Below, one piece after another: positions 7,178-15,494 of a DNA stretch of 32,000 nt (position 1 is the stretch's first letter; each line of letters opens with the position of its first letter). The stretch is from NCBI GenBank assembly GCA_031316235.1, contig JALDRA010000001.1, positions 3,600,001 to 3,632,000 on the forward strand. Reading direction: 5' to 3'. Source of the stretch: Candidatus Scalindua sp. GTDB taxonomy: Bacteria > Planctomycetota > Brocadiia > Brocadiales > Scalinduaceae. The notes below the pieces were generated by a model that had not been told where the DNA came from, did not search any database, and saw only the letters and a list, made by a program, of their open reading frames with translations. The translations under genes and the position numbers were made by a program.

Positions 7178-9256
7178 GTGACTGCATCAGATTTAGATAA
7201 ATCAATCCAGTATATCAGGGGTGTTGGACCAAAACGGTACAAGACATTGACAAGATTAGGTATCTACACACCAAGAGACCTCCTCTATTACTTCCCCCGC
7301 ACTTACCAGGATCGCTCTCAAATTGAAAAGATTTCTGAATTGGGAGAGGGAGATACTGCAATGGTAAAGGGGAAGGTAACCCGCATGAAATCTTCCAATA
7401 CCAGAGGCTGGAAGAGTATCTTTGAGATTTCGGTCACTGATGATACTGGTACCCTTATGGTGAAGTGGTTCAATCAACCTTACCTGAAGGATAAGTTTGA
7501 AGTGGATGATCTGGTATTACTCTATGGCAGGGTCTCTTGCTATAAAAAAAAACTGCAGATAGCAAACCCTGATTATGAGGTTATTACCGATAATGATTGT
7601 CTTCGCGAAAGTATGGTAATAGTACCGGTGTATGCACTAACCGAGGATATGAGACAATCCATCTTTCGTAAGCTTATGGCGACGGTTGCTTCTGAATTAC
7701 TGTGTTTTGTAGAGGAGTTCTTTCCGGAAAATATCATGCAAAAACGGAAACTCATGCCTGCTGTTCCTGCACTAAAACGTATCCATTTTCCTGATTCTTT
7801 CGATGATTTGAATGAGGCAAAGAGAAGACTGAAATATGAAGAATTTTTTCTGTTTGAATCGGCTGTGGCACTTCAGAAACTCAGGATAAAAGAGGCAGAG
7901 GGGTATCAATTCTCGATAGGCCCGGAAATCGAAAGTCAAATCTTTAAACTCTTTCCCTTTACCCTTACCAGGAGCCAGGAGATGGTCATCAGGGACTTGC
8001 AGAGAGATATGTGCAGCCTGAAACCAATGAACCGGTTGCTCCAGGGAGATGTCGGATCGGGAAAGACGGTTATAGCGGTATATGCATTGCTAGCTGCAAT
8101 TGCCAATGGGGTTCAGTCTGCATTCATGGCGCCAACAGAACTCCTTGCTGAACAGCACTATCGTACACTTAACCATTATCTGGCAAATACAAATATCCGG
8201 GTCCTCCTCCTGAAAGGTGGATTAAAGACCAGAGAGAGGAGAGATGTTCTTGAACAGATACAAAATGGTGAAGTGGATCTCGTTGTTGGTACACATGCTC
8301 TCATTCAGAAAGATGTCCGATTTAAAAGGTTAGGTTTAATAGTTATCGATGAGCAGCACAAGTTTGGAGTGATGCAGCGTGCGAGACTACGGCACAAGGG
8401 ACACCATCCGCACCCCGACGTCCTTGTAATGACGGCTACTCCTATACCCAGATCGCTTTCCCTGACAGTGTTCGGAGATCTCGATGTCTCCACTATTGAT
8501 GAATTACCGCCCGGTCGGATACCGGTGAAGACATTCGGGGTAACAGCAAGCAAGCAGAACGATGCGTATGGGTTTATTCGCAGGGAGATAGAGAAGGGGC
8601 GGCAGGCGTATGTCGTGTACCCTTTGGTTGAGGAGTCTGAGAAACTCGACCTCAAGGCTGCGACGGAAGAGGCTGAAATACTTAAGGAGAAAGTATTTCC
8701 CGGTTTACGGGTGGGGCTTCTCCATGGGCAGTTGAAATCAGATATGAAGGAGTTCATCATGTCTGATTTCATACATCACCGGTTTGATATTCTGGTGTCA
8801 ACGATTGTGATTGAAGTTGGAATAGATGTTCCGAATGCGACCATAATGGCGATTGAACATGCTGAACGCTTTGGACTCGCACAGCTGCACCAGTTGAGGG
8901 GGAGGGTAGGGCGTAGTTCTCACCAATCCTATTGCTTGCTATTCGGAAGACCGAAGAGCGAGGGTGCCCGTCGGAGACTCAAGACAATGATAGCGACAAA
9001 CGATGGTTTCAGGATCGCGGAGGAAGACTTAAGGATCAGGGGTCCTGGCGAATTCTTTGGCACAAGACAGCACGGTATGCCTGAATTCAGGATAGGTGAC
9101 ATCATTCATGATCATGACCTGTTAACGTTAGCGAGGGATGATGCATTCGAATTTTTGAATGAAACAGGGAATTTAGCAACATCTGAAAATCGTTTATTAA
9201 TGAAAAAGATTAGGGAAAATTTCAAAGACAGACTCGATCTGATACATACTGGTTGA
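7178..9256 (+). CDS. recG: ATP-dependent DNA helicase RecG
   Basis: This 692-aa ORF starts with GTG. It has an N-terminal IRGVGPKRYKTLTRLGIYTPRDLLYYFPRTYQDR pattern and the helicase motifs GDVGSGKT, DEQHKFG, TATPIPR and QLHQLRGRVGR. Confidence 0.95.
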   Translation: MTASDLDKSIQYIRGVGPKRYKTLTRLGIYTPRDLLYYFPRTYQDRSQIEKISELGEGDTAMVKGKVTRMKSSNTRGWKSIFEISVTDDTGTLMVKWFNQPYLKDKFEVDDLVLLYGRVSCYKKKLQIANPDYEVITDNDCLRESMVIVPVYALTEDMRQSIFRKLMATVASELLCFVEEFFPENIMQKRKLMPAVPALKRIHFPDSFDDLNEAKRRLKYEEFFLFESAVALQKLRIKEAEGYQFSIGPEIESQIFKLFPFTLTRSQEMVIRDLQRDMCSLKPMNRLLQGDVGSGKTVIAVYALLAAIANGVQSAFMAPTELLAEQHYRTLNHYLANTNIRVLLLKGGLKTRERRDVLEQIQNGEVDLVVGTHALIQKDVRFKRLGLIVIDEQHKFGVMQRARLRHKGHHPHPDVLVMTATPIPRSLSLTVFGDLDVSTIDELPPGRIPVKTFGVTASKQNDAYGFIRREIEKGRQAYVVYPLVEESEKLDLKAATEEAEILKEKVFPGLRVGLLHGQLKSDMKEFIMSDFIHHRFDILVSTIVIEVGIDVPNATIMAIEHAERFGLAQLHQLRGRVGRSSHQSYCLLFGRPKSEGARRRLKTMIATNDGFRIAEEDLRIRGPGEFFGTRQHGMPEFRIGDIIHDHDLLTLARDDAFEFLNETGNLATSENRLLMKKIRENFKDRLDLIHTG

Positions 9257-9385
9257 AAAACCTGTTTTTTCTATTATTATGGTAAGTTATTCATTGCACC
9301 ATGATGGTGTGTGCTCTCAACTACGTACGTCCTGTCTTTCGGTAAAATATCATGAAAACTGACCTTAATCCAAATGTTTCAATTG

Positions 9386-9943
9386 CTACTTTATTAAGGG
9401 AAGAGCTCTCTTAAACTCTTCTGAGTCAGACGTTCTCAGTAATTCAAACATTACCATTTCTATGGAGGTGATTACTATACCGCTTTGGTACATTCGAGCC
9501 AGTCCGATTTCATGATTTTCCTGAGTCCTCGAAGATACAGCATCGCTAACGACATGAACATGGTAGTTTTCTATTGCTCCGAGCGCTGTCTGTGATATAC
9601 AGATATGGGTCTCGACCCCAGCAATTATTAAAGACGATATATGAGAACTGTCGATCTGTCTTCTGAAACTGTCATTAAGAAAACAGTTAAACTCCTTTTT
9701 GCATATGAGTTCTCCATGAGATAATCCTGCTTTTATTTCTGGCAGAATTGGTCCCAGTTTGTGTTGCTCAGTATAAATTACAGGAAGATGTACAATTTCT
9801 GCAAACGTAATAAGTTTAGTTATGTTGGAAATTATCTTCTCCTGCTCCGATATTGCAGGCATTAATTTTTCTTGTATATCCACAATAAGCAGAATACTAC
9901 TCTTCACGTTGAGCATTTTCTGAGTTTTTGTAAGCTTTGTCAT
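9386..9943 (-). CDS. Isochorismatase-family (cysteine) hydrolase
   Basis: It has the family motifs LLIVDIQEKL and IIAGVETHICISQTALGAI. The 246-aa ORF-track version overlaps the upstream gene. An internal ATG at 9941-9943 (MTKLTK...) starts 14 nt after the upstream stop and gives 185 aa. Confidence 0.85.
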   Translation of the reverse strand: MTKLTKTQKMLNVKSSILLIVDIQEKLMPAISEQEKIISNITKLITFAEIVHLPVIYTEQHKLGPILPEIKAGLSHGELICKKEFNCFLNDSFRRQIDSSHISSLIIAGVETHICISQTALGAIENYHVHVVSDAVSSRTQENHEIGLARMYQSGIVITSIEMVMFELLRTSDSEEFKRALPLIK

Positions 9944-9956
9944 GATATCGGATCGT

Positions 9957-10577
9957 TCAATTGTCTGAGAGCACAGGTCGAATGTAACTGCCGTCTTCCA
10001 CGTTGCACGTAAGTACACCTCCACCGCTGAAGTCCGTGCTCCACGAATTTCTCGAATCGTAGCTGTCGCCTGTCCATATCCATTCTTGTTTTTTATCAAA
10101 TACAGCATGGATATACAGGCTCTCATTCTGTTTGCTCGATTCTAATAATGATGCTGCTTCTTCCACGGTAGGTAATCTCCAGTTGTCATAACCAGCATAT
10201 TTCCGTTGATTCAAATCCCTCAGCCACCCCTTTGTTTGACTCCACTTAAGAGTGTCGCTTGAACCAGACTGATGCCATATCAGGCCCGTAGCGTGATCTA
10301 TGACAACCTTGTCGTCAGTGACCGTCTTTGTCTCATAGTCGTTCTTAATTGTACTATACCCCCAGAAACCCCACTCCTTTTTTTCTCGTAATGAAACATG
10401 GGGTGTTGACTGGATCTGTTTTACCGACAGTTCTCTATATGAAGATCTGAGTTTAATCAGCTTTGCAGATTTATCCGTTGTTGTTTCTCGATCATTTGCT
10501 TTATCACAACCGAGACTCAATAAAGCAGGAATTATGGATGCAAAAAAATATACGGCTAAGGCTCTTTTCATTACCAT
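9957..10577 (-). CDS. Lipoprotein with a DUF1566 (Lcl C-terminal-like) domain
   Basis: This 206-aa ORF has a signal peptide ending in the lipobox-like LLSLGC. The pattern DHATGLIWHQ ... WSQTKGWLRDLN ... GYDNWRLPTVEEAASLL is characteristic of DUF1566. Confidence 0.7.
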   Translation of the reverse strand: MVMKRALAVYFFASIIPALLSLGCDKANDRETTTDKSAKLIKLRSSYRELSVKQIQSTPHVSLREKKEWGFWGYSTIKNDYETKTVTDDKVVIDHATGLIWHQSGSSDTLKWSQTKGWLRDLNQRKYAGYDNWRLPTVEEAASLLESSKQNESLYIHAVFDKKQEWIWTGDSYDSRNSWSTDFSGGGVLTCNVEDGSYIRPVLSDN

Positions 10578-10623
10578 ACCTCACAATTTTGTTTCATATA
10601 TAAAATTTAAAGAGATTAAACCT

Positions 10624-10663
10624 GGAAAACCGTGGATTTTAATCCGTCAGGGGACGGTTTTCC
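10624..10663. other. Strong hairpin in the non-coding region upstream of the lipoprotein gene
   Basis: GGAAAACCGT (10624-10633) and ACGGTTTTCC (10654-10663) form a perfect 10-bp stem. The 20-nt loop contains its own GGAT-TTTA-ATCC mini-stem. No flanking T tract is present on either strand. Confidence 0.5.
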
Positions 10664-11083
10664 GTAAGCTGAACCCTGGTCTCCAGCCATATCCACCTCA
10701 ATCAAGAAGGTTTTCGCAGACCCACACCCCCGATTTCACTGACTCTATTATACAGCATTCTCATAAATTAAAACCAGGCTTTTTCATTTTTCCCCAGGTT
10801 TCATGCTGAAGTGGGGTATGATCGGCGTTCTCTAAAAAGAACATGCAACAAACAGTGGGTTTTCGTTCACGCACTAGTTAAGGAATCTACCACTGACCCA
10901 AAAGGCTATGAAATGATTATGGGAGACTCGGGAATGCTGTTTTTTTTGCATGAACAGGGAAAGAGAGGTCGGCAACTGATGATTGATGAGTCAAAGAGAG
11001 ATGCATACCTGCATAGTTCATAACCACTTGACGATCATTCAGAACAAGAGGTTATGGAAGGACTATACGCTGAAAATGAAAAA

Positions 11084-11161
11084 TGGGGTGAGCGAGGGGA
11101 TTCGAACCCCCGGCCCCCAGGACCACAACCTGGTGCTCTAACCGACTGAGCTACGCCCACC
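11084..11161 (-). tRNA. tRNA-His (anticodon GTG)
   Basis: The reverse complement folds as a cloverleaf: G(-1)-GTGGGCG-TA-GCTC-AGTCGGTTA-GAGC-A-CCAGG-TTGTGGT-CCTGG-GGGCC-GGGGG-TTCGAAT-CCCCT-CGCTCAC-C-CCA. G-1 and the 3' CCA are both encoded. Confidence 0.9.
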
Positions 11162-11182
11162 ATTTAATATTCGAAACACATG

Positions 11183-11256
11183 TACGCCAGGAAGGATTCG
11201 AACCCTCGACCCTCGGATTAGAAATCCGATGCTCTATCCGGCTGAGCTACTGGCGC
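11183..11256 (-). tRNA. tRNA-Arg (anticodon TCT)
   Basis: The reverse complement folds as GCGCCAG-TA-GCTC-AGCCGGATA-GAGC-A-TCGGA-TTTCTAA-TCCGA-GGGTC-GAGGG-TTCGAAT-CCTTC-CTGGCGT-A. The 3' CCA is not encoded. Confidence 0.9.
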
Positions 11257-11578
11257 AGTTAAAAAGTTGGTCAGGAAGAGATGATTTAAATCTTCGACCT
11301 CCTGCACCAAAAGCAGGATGATATCACTACTAAGAGTTACTTTTATAAACCATCTAATGATTACCGGTTACACTGGTTCAACCTTATACCATAAGAGAAT
11401 ATGAATTTCAAGTGTTTTCTGCTAATTCCTGCTGGTGCACGTCAAATCCGATAAGATTGGATACTTTGATAGAATATCAGATAGTGGACAGCTCATTGAA
11501 GTGCTATTTACCATATTGCCATGCACTATCCCGGTTTGCCTGGTTGGATTTGATTAAGTAGCAATATTTTAGATCTGC

Positions 11579-11717
11579 TGTACTCATCTCATACTGGATT
11601 TCGGATAAAATTTGAGAAAAAACGGAGCGGGTAAAGTCCTCGGCGTTTTTTGTCCGGGGATACCTGCATCCAGGCGTTGGTTTTTAGAAAAATCAACACC
11701 AAGTCGGTTTTAGTACA
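11579..11717 (+). repeat. Structured intergenic repeat, copy 2 (long 139-nt form, most diverged)
   Basis: Sequence is TGTACTCATCTCATACTGGATTTCGGATAAAATTTGAG...GTCCTCGGCGTTTTTTGTCCGGGGATACC...GTCGGTTTTAGTACA. The termini are TGTACT/AGTACA rather than TATACT/AGTATA. Confidence 0.85.
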
Positions 11718-12372
11718 TCGTCTACATCTGGCATGAGAGGAATCAGTCTTTATTCAAGTATTATTTTGCGTTTGCTGCTTTTTGATATAGAGATCTGCCA
11801 TAATCTGCGCATCATCGCTAATTAAAACGCGATTTTCCTTAATCTTCCACAGTTCTATGGTTTTCTTTATTGCAGCATATGCTGATCCAAAGTTCCCGTT
11901 ACGAATATCCCTGTTAATTGAACAAGCAATACTTGGTATTCTTTCCATGATTCAGGCTTTATCTGTAGTTTACATGGGGAAAAACTTGTCTCCTCGTTTG
12001 CAAGAGAGAGGCAAGAGATCAGCAGGGAGAAAACAGTATAATTTTTCATTTCAGTTGTCACAAAAAAAGTGCCAAAGTGAAGATGGTGGCAAAGAATTGT
12101 CATAAGTTATTGTGTGGTCTATTCTCGTTATTCAGCTGGTGCCTTAGTCACAGGCCATGACATGGTGCAGAGCAAGAAGTTTTTTGTGGGTATCCGGTAT
12201 GTATGATCTCATAATGAAACATTCACGACTGTGGCATGCTGAAGGGCGCTGTTTTGGTAATTATTTATAAGTGCTGTAGCGAGTGAGCATTGTTATCGGT
12301 GAATATGTTTACCTGAACCTGAAAATATATATGGTTCAACTTATTTCCGTGCGCAAAATCTAAAGCAGTTGA

Positions 12373-12418
12373 TATACTTATCTTATAATGAGTTTTAGGT
12401 TTCGTGCTGATTGGTATA
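12373..12418 (+). repeat. Internally deleted, degenerate mini-copy of the structured repeat
   Basis: Sequence is TATACTTATCTTATAATGAGTTTTAGGTTTCGTGCTGATTGGTATA. The first 18 nt match the copy 1 5' end at 16 of 18 positions. GTTTTAG and GGTATA resemble the 3' end GGTTTTAGTATA. Confidence 0.45.
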
Positions 12419-12446
12419 AAATTTTTAATCAATTTATTGGTGTGTA

Positions 12447-13436
12447 ATGGATATAAAACAAATCTCCATCAAGGATATTGATAATTCACTGGTAGGAAAC
12501 ATGAGATATTTGCGTTGTTCCGTGAGGTTTTTAGACGCTGTTATGGATTCAATAGGTAAAGTGGGCCTCATAAACCCAGTGATAGTACAGAAAACAGAAA
12601 ACAGGAATAAGTTATATTCAACCGTATGTGGTTATCAACGGGTTCGGGCTTTTAAAGAGTTGGGAATAGAGAGAATTGACGCAAGGATTGTTGATAGAGT
12701 TACGGATGAAGAACTCCTCTTTATCAGTTTTTACGATAATGTATTTTCTCGAGGGTTTAACGATATAGAAAAGGCTGTTATACTGAGAAATTTTCTGGAG
12801 ATTGGATATGCAAAAGACAGGCTGCTCTCTGAAATAATCCCTCTTCTCGGTATTCCGCAAAATAAGAATATATTAGATAAATACCTCTCTCTTTTTAAAC
12901 TTGGAGGGGAAATTGTCGATTCTCTCGCTAAGCAGGAATTTGAGATTGAAAAGGCTTTTCTGCTTATACCTCTTGCAAAGGAAGAGCGTGATAGTGTTTA
13001 CAAGGTTCTCTTTAAGGAATCAAAGACAAATATAAATGAAGCAAAGGAAACGGTAAGAAACTTACTTGACCTGAAAAAGATCAAACAGTGTGGCATACCT
13101 GAACTACTGGAGGGAAGAGAAATAAGAGGTATTCTCCAGGGGAAAAATACGAATAAAAGGCAAAAAGGAGAGAGTATCTATCGGTTCATTAAGAGCTTGC
13201 GTTATCCTTCCATTCACCAAAAGGAGGAAGGGTTTGCTCTATCAATAAAAGAGCTGGCGCTTAATAGCAACGTTCGTATTAATCATTCCAGATTCTTTGA
13301 GAAGGATGAGGTTCAGATAACCTTAAAGGTAACTGATGAACAAAATTTAGAGAGCGACCTGAATAAGCTTCTCACCCACGTGAGGGCAGGTTCCTTTAAG
13401 AAAATTTTCCAGAAGAGAGTAAGAAGAGTCAATTGA
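12447..13436 (+). CDS. ParB/Spo0J-family protein (ParB N-terminal domain plus HTH region), orphan
   Basis: This is a 329-aa ORF. LDAVMDSIGKVGLINPVIVQK...YSTVCGYQRVRAFKELGIERIDARIVD fits the ParB N-terminal pattern, with GYQRVR in place of the usual GERRxR. FYDNVFSRGFNDIEKAVILRNFLE...LGIPQNKNILDKYLSLFKL fits the ParB HTH region. Confidence 0.75.
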   Translation: MDIKQISIKDIDNSLVGNMRYLRCSVRFLDAVMDSIGKVGLINPVIVQKTENRNKLYSTVCGYQRVRAFKELGIERIDARIVDRVTDEELLFISFYDNVFSRGFNDIEKAVILRNFLEIGYAKDRLLSEIIPLLGIPQNKNILDKYLSLFKLGGEIVDSLAKQEFEIEKAFLLIPLAKEERDSVYKVLFKESKTNINEAKETVRNLLDLKKIKQCGIPELLEGREIRGILQGKNTNKRQKGESIYRFIKSLRYPSIHQKEEGFALSIKELALNSNVRINHSRFFEKDEVQITLKVTDEQNLESDLNKLLTHVRAGSFKKIFQKRVRRVN

Positions 13437-13462
13437 CAAAGGGTAAAGGAGCTATTATATTG

Positions 13463-13601
13463 TATACTCATCTCATACTGGATTTCGGATAAAATCCGAG
13501 ATAAATTTGAGCGAGTTAAGTCCTCGGCTCTTTTTGTCCGGGGATACCTTCACCAAGATCTGGTTTCCGGTAAAACCTAAAACCAGATCGGTTTTAGTAT
13601 A
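13463..13601 (+). repeat. Structured intergenic repeat, copy 3 (long 139-nt form)
   Basis: It differs from copy 5 (reverse complement) at about 10 of 139 positions by hand alignment. It carries the 27-nt insertion TAAGTCCTCGGCTCTTTTTGTCCGGGG relative to the short form. Confidence 0.9.
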
Positions 13602-13736
13602 TCCGTACAGAATGTACCGTTTGAGACGCTACGTGTCAGGAGATAATCTGACAATCCCTGGAGAGTTATTCAGCTTTCAGTTCTTGCACCATATTGACTT
13701 ATGACATTAATTGTTTTGAAGAAAGGAGTTTGGAAT

Positions 13737-14468
13737 ATGAGAATAATGTACTCTTTCGTAATTCTATTTTGTATGTGTCTGTCAGGAGCGGATTCTGTTT
13801 TTGCAGAGGGATTTCCTGTAGTTGTTTCAATAAGCGATTACAAGATTAATCCCCATAAGCATGATGAGATTTCTGATCCGGATGTATATTTTCAAATAGA
13901 ACATAACGGAACTGTCATTCAAACTTCAGAGGCTGTTCGTGACAATAATTTTCATTCGTATGGTGAGATGAGACGCTTTGGAGATTATTGCCAGGGGATA
14001 AGTGAACTATTGCCTGAAGATAAAATTATAATAAAATTTTATGATTCAGACTATGACACTGGCCTGGTACAGCAATTTTGGGAATGGGTACAAGGTTCGT
14101 TATACAAGTATATTGTCTATTTTGAACGACAGGTTGAATTGATGAATGATCCAACGAAAAAATATGATGATTATGATGCATATAAGGCTGCCACAGATGA
14201 CCCTAAGCTGAAACAGGCTGAGGATGATCTTACCGATAATATTATGGCCATTAACAAAAGACGCAACGATAAACTGCAGCATGAGTACCTGGGAGAGATA
14301 AACTTAGACATAAAGCTGGTGACAGAGGCATTTCAAGCAGGTGATATCCAACATGCATCTGATTATGATATTGTTAATACCGGGACAAATACAACTGTTG
14401 GAAAAATTAACTTAATAATCAAGCGATTTGAAGGGTATGGCGCTAAATATAAGACAAAGGGGTTCTGA
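13737..14468 (+). CDS. Secreted protein with an N-terminal C2-like domain pattern and an acidic, Lys-rich middle region
   Basis: An RBS (AAGGAG, 13723-13728) lies 8 nt before ATG 13737. The signal peptide is MRIMYSFVILFCMCLSGADSVFA. VVVSISDYKI...ISDPDVYFQIEHNGTVIQTSEAVRDNNFHSY...IIIKFYDSDYD has the spacing of a C2 domain (xSDPYVxV ... xD-D-D). The domain call is inference only. Confidence 0.6.
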   Translation: MRIMYSFVILFCMCLSGADSVFAEGFPVVVSISDYKINPHKHDEISDPDVYFQIEHNGTVIQTSEAVRDNNFHSYGEMRRFGDYCQGISELLPEDKIIIKFYDSDYDTGLVQQFWEWVQGSLYKYIVYFERQVELMNDPTKKYDDYDAYKAATDDPKLKQAEDDLTDNIMAINKRRNDKLQHEYLGEINLDIKLVTEAFQAGDIQHASDYDIVNTGTNTTVGKINLIIKRFEGYGAKYKTKGF

Positions 14469-14525
14469 CTGAAGAGAAATGGATACGTATAGGGAGGAGG
14501 GGGATATAAACGGGGAAGTCTATCA

Positions 14526-15455
14526 ATGTTTGCGTTAGAAATTAAAGAGCTAAAAAAGTCCTATAGAAAACCTTTCTCACGCAGAGAATTTCTTGCTTTA
14601 AGAGGTGTGAGCTTCTCTGTTTCTCAAGGCACCATATTTGGTTTAATAGGTCCAAATGGTGCAGGGAAAACGACAACAATAAAGTCGATCATTAACCTTG
14701 TAAGGCCATCTTATGGGTCGATCCTGATTTCGGGAAGAGATAGTCGCAGGAAAGAAGCAAGAAGAGAAATAGGTTATATGCCTGAGACAGAAAAATACCC
14801 GACATTTTTAACGGGCAGGCAGTTTCTTGAAATATTCTTTCGATTTTCAGGAAAAGAGTTAAAAGGCTGCAATGAAAGTCTGTATAAATGGATCGAAATG
14901 ACCGGGCTTTCAGATGCGATTGATAAAAGTATTGCAGTGTATTCAAAGGGGATGCGCAAGAAACTTGGATTAATTCAGGCGATCTTGCACGAGCCGAAAC
15001 TGTTATTGCTGGACGAACCGATTGAGGGTCTAGATGCTATAGGGAAAAAGATTGTCTTTGACAGCCTTAAGAGATACTGCGAAAGAGGTAATACAATCCT
15101 TATCAATTCACACTATCTTTCTGAGGTTGAAAAGTTTTGTGACCGTGTGGCTATTATCAATCAGGGTCAAATAGTCATGGAATTGGATCCAAAATGTATC
15201 CATGCCCCTTCTGGCTATTTGATCGGTGTCACAGATCCATGCTTGAATTATACAGAATTATTGTCCAATAATTTTCCAGTCAGAATAGAGAAACCGGGAT
15301 CGTTGCTTTTCTATTCTGATGATGAAGAGCTGCTGAATAGACTCATTCATTATTTGTGCGAAAATAAGATCTCAATTAATAGAGTCGAAAAGATCAAAAC
15401 AAACCTTGAAGAAGCGTATCTTTCTGTTGTGCAGAATCATAAAACCCTTGAATGA
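14526..15455 (+). CDS. ABC transporter ATP-binding protein (ABC-2 / exporter type)
   Basis: This 309-aa ORF has Walker A (GPNGAGKTTT), a signature variant (YSKGMRKKLGL) and Walker B (LLLLDEP). A C-terminal accessory region is present. Confidence 0.9.
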   Translation: MFALEIKELKKSYRKPFSRREFLALRGVSFSVSQGTIFGLIGPNGAGKTTTIKSIINLVRPSYGSILISGRDSRRKEARREIGYMPETEKYPTFLTGRQFLEIFFRFSGKELKGCNESLYKWIEMTGLSDAIDKSIAVYSKGMRKKLGLIQAILHEPKLLLLDEPIEGLDAIGKKIVFDSLKRYCERGNTILINSHYLSEVEKFCDRVAIINQGQIVMELDPKCIHAPSGYLIGVTDPCLNYTELLSNNFPVRIEKPGSLLFYSDDEELLNRLIHYLCENKISINRVEKIKTNLEEAYLSVVQNHKTLE

Positions 15456-15494
15456 TATCTCGTTTAATAGCAATCTTTTCGTAAGAGGTAAGAT

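Noticed and set aside
3009-8772. Numerous antisense or overlapping ORFs inside hisS, aspS, recG, the HMGL-like gene, murA, ffh and others (for example 4487-4681, 5267-5512, 8305-8772, 16814-17176, 19967-20224, 23364-23624).
   Set aside because: They are shadow ORFs on the opposite strand or in alternative frames of well-supported conserved genes, and they have no motifs of their own.
9297-9309. A perfect 13-bp palindrome, CACCAT-G-ATGGTG, in the recG/isochorismatase convergent spacer.
   Set aside because: Six-bp-arm palindromes are expected several times by chance in 32 kb, and there is no supporting context.
9944-10126. An N-terminal extension of the isochorismatase ORF (246-aa version) overlapping the DUF1566 gene.
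   Set aside because: The extension overlaps the 3' end of the upstream CDS in another frame and has no family similarity. The internal ATG at 9941-9943 gives a normal-length protein.
10534-11023. Plus-strand ORFs 10534-10809 and 10811-11023 in the lipoprotein-tRNA spacer.
   Set aside because: They have no RBS, a low-complexity or implausible composition and no recognisable motifs. The first overlaps the lipoprotein gene start on the opposite strand.
11266-11335. A possible third tRNA (Gln, anticodon TTG) or a tRNA 3'-end duplication marking an att site.
   Set aside because: Only an anticodon-arm-like hairpin is present. I could not form acceptor, D or T stems, and there is no match to the 3' ends of the adjacent tRNA-Arg or tRNA-His.
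12104-13436. A parS site or partner ParA gene for the ParB-like protein.
   Set aside because: I scanned the window by eye for TGTTTCAC/GTGAAACA-type palindromes and for Walker-type ParA ORFs and found none. This is recorded as absence, not as evidence about function.
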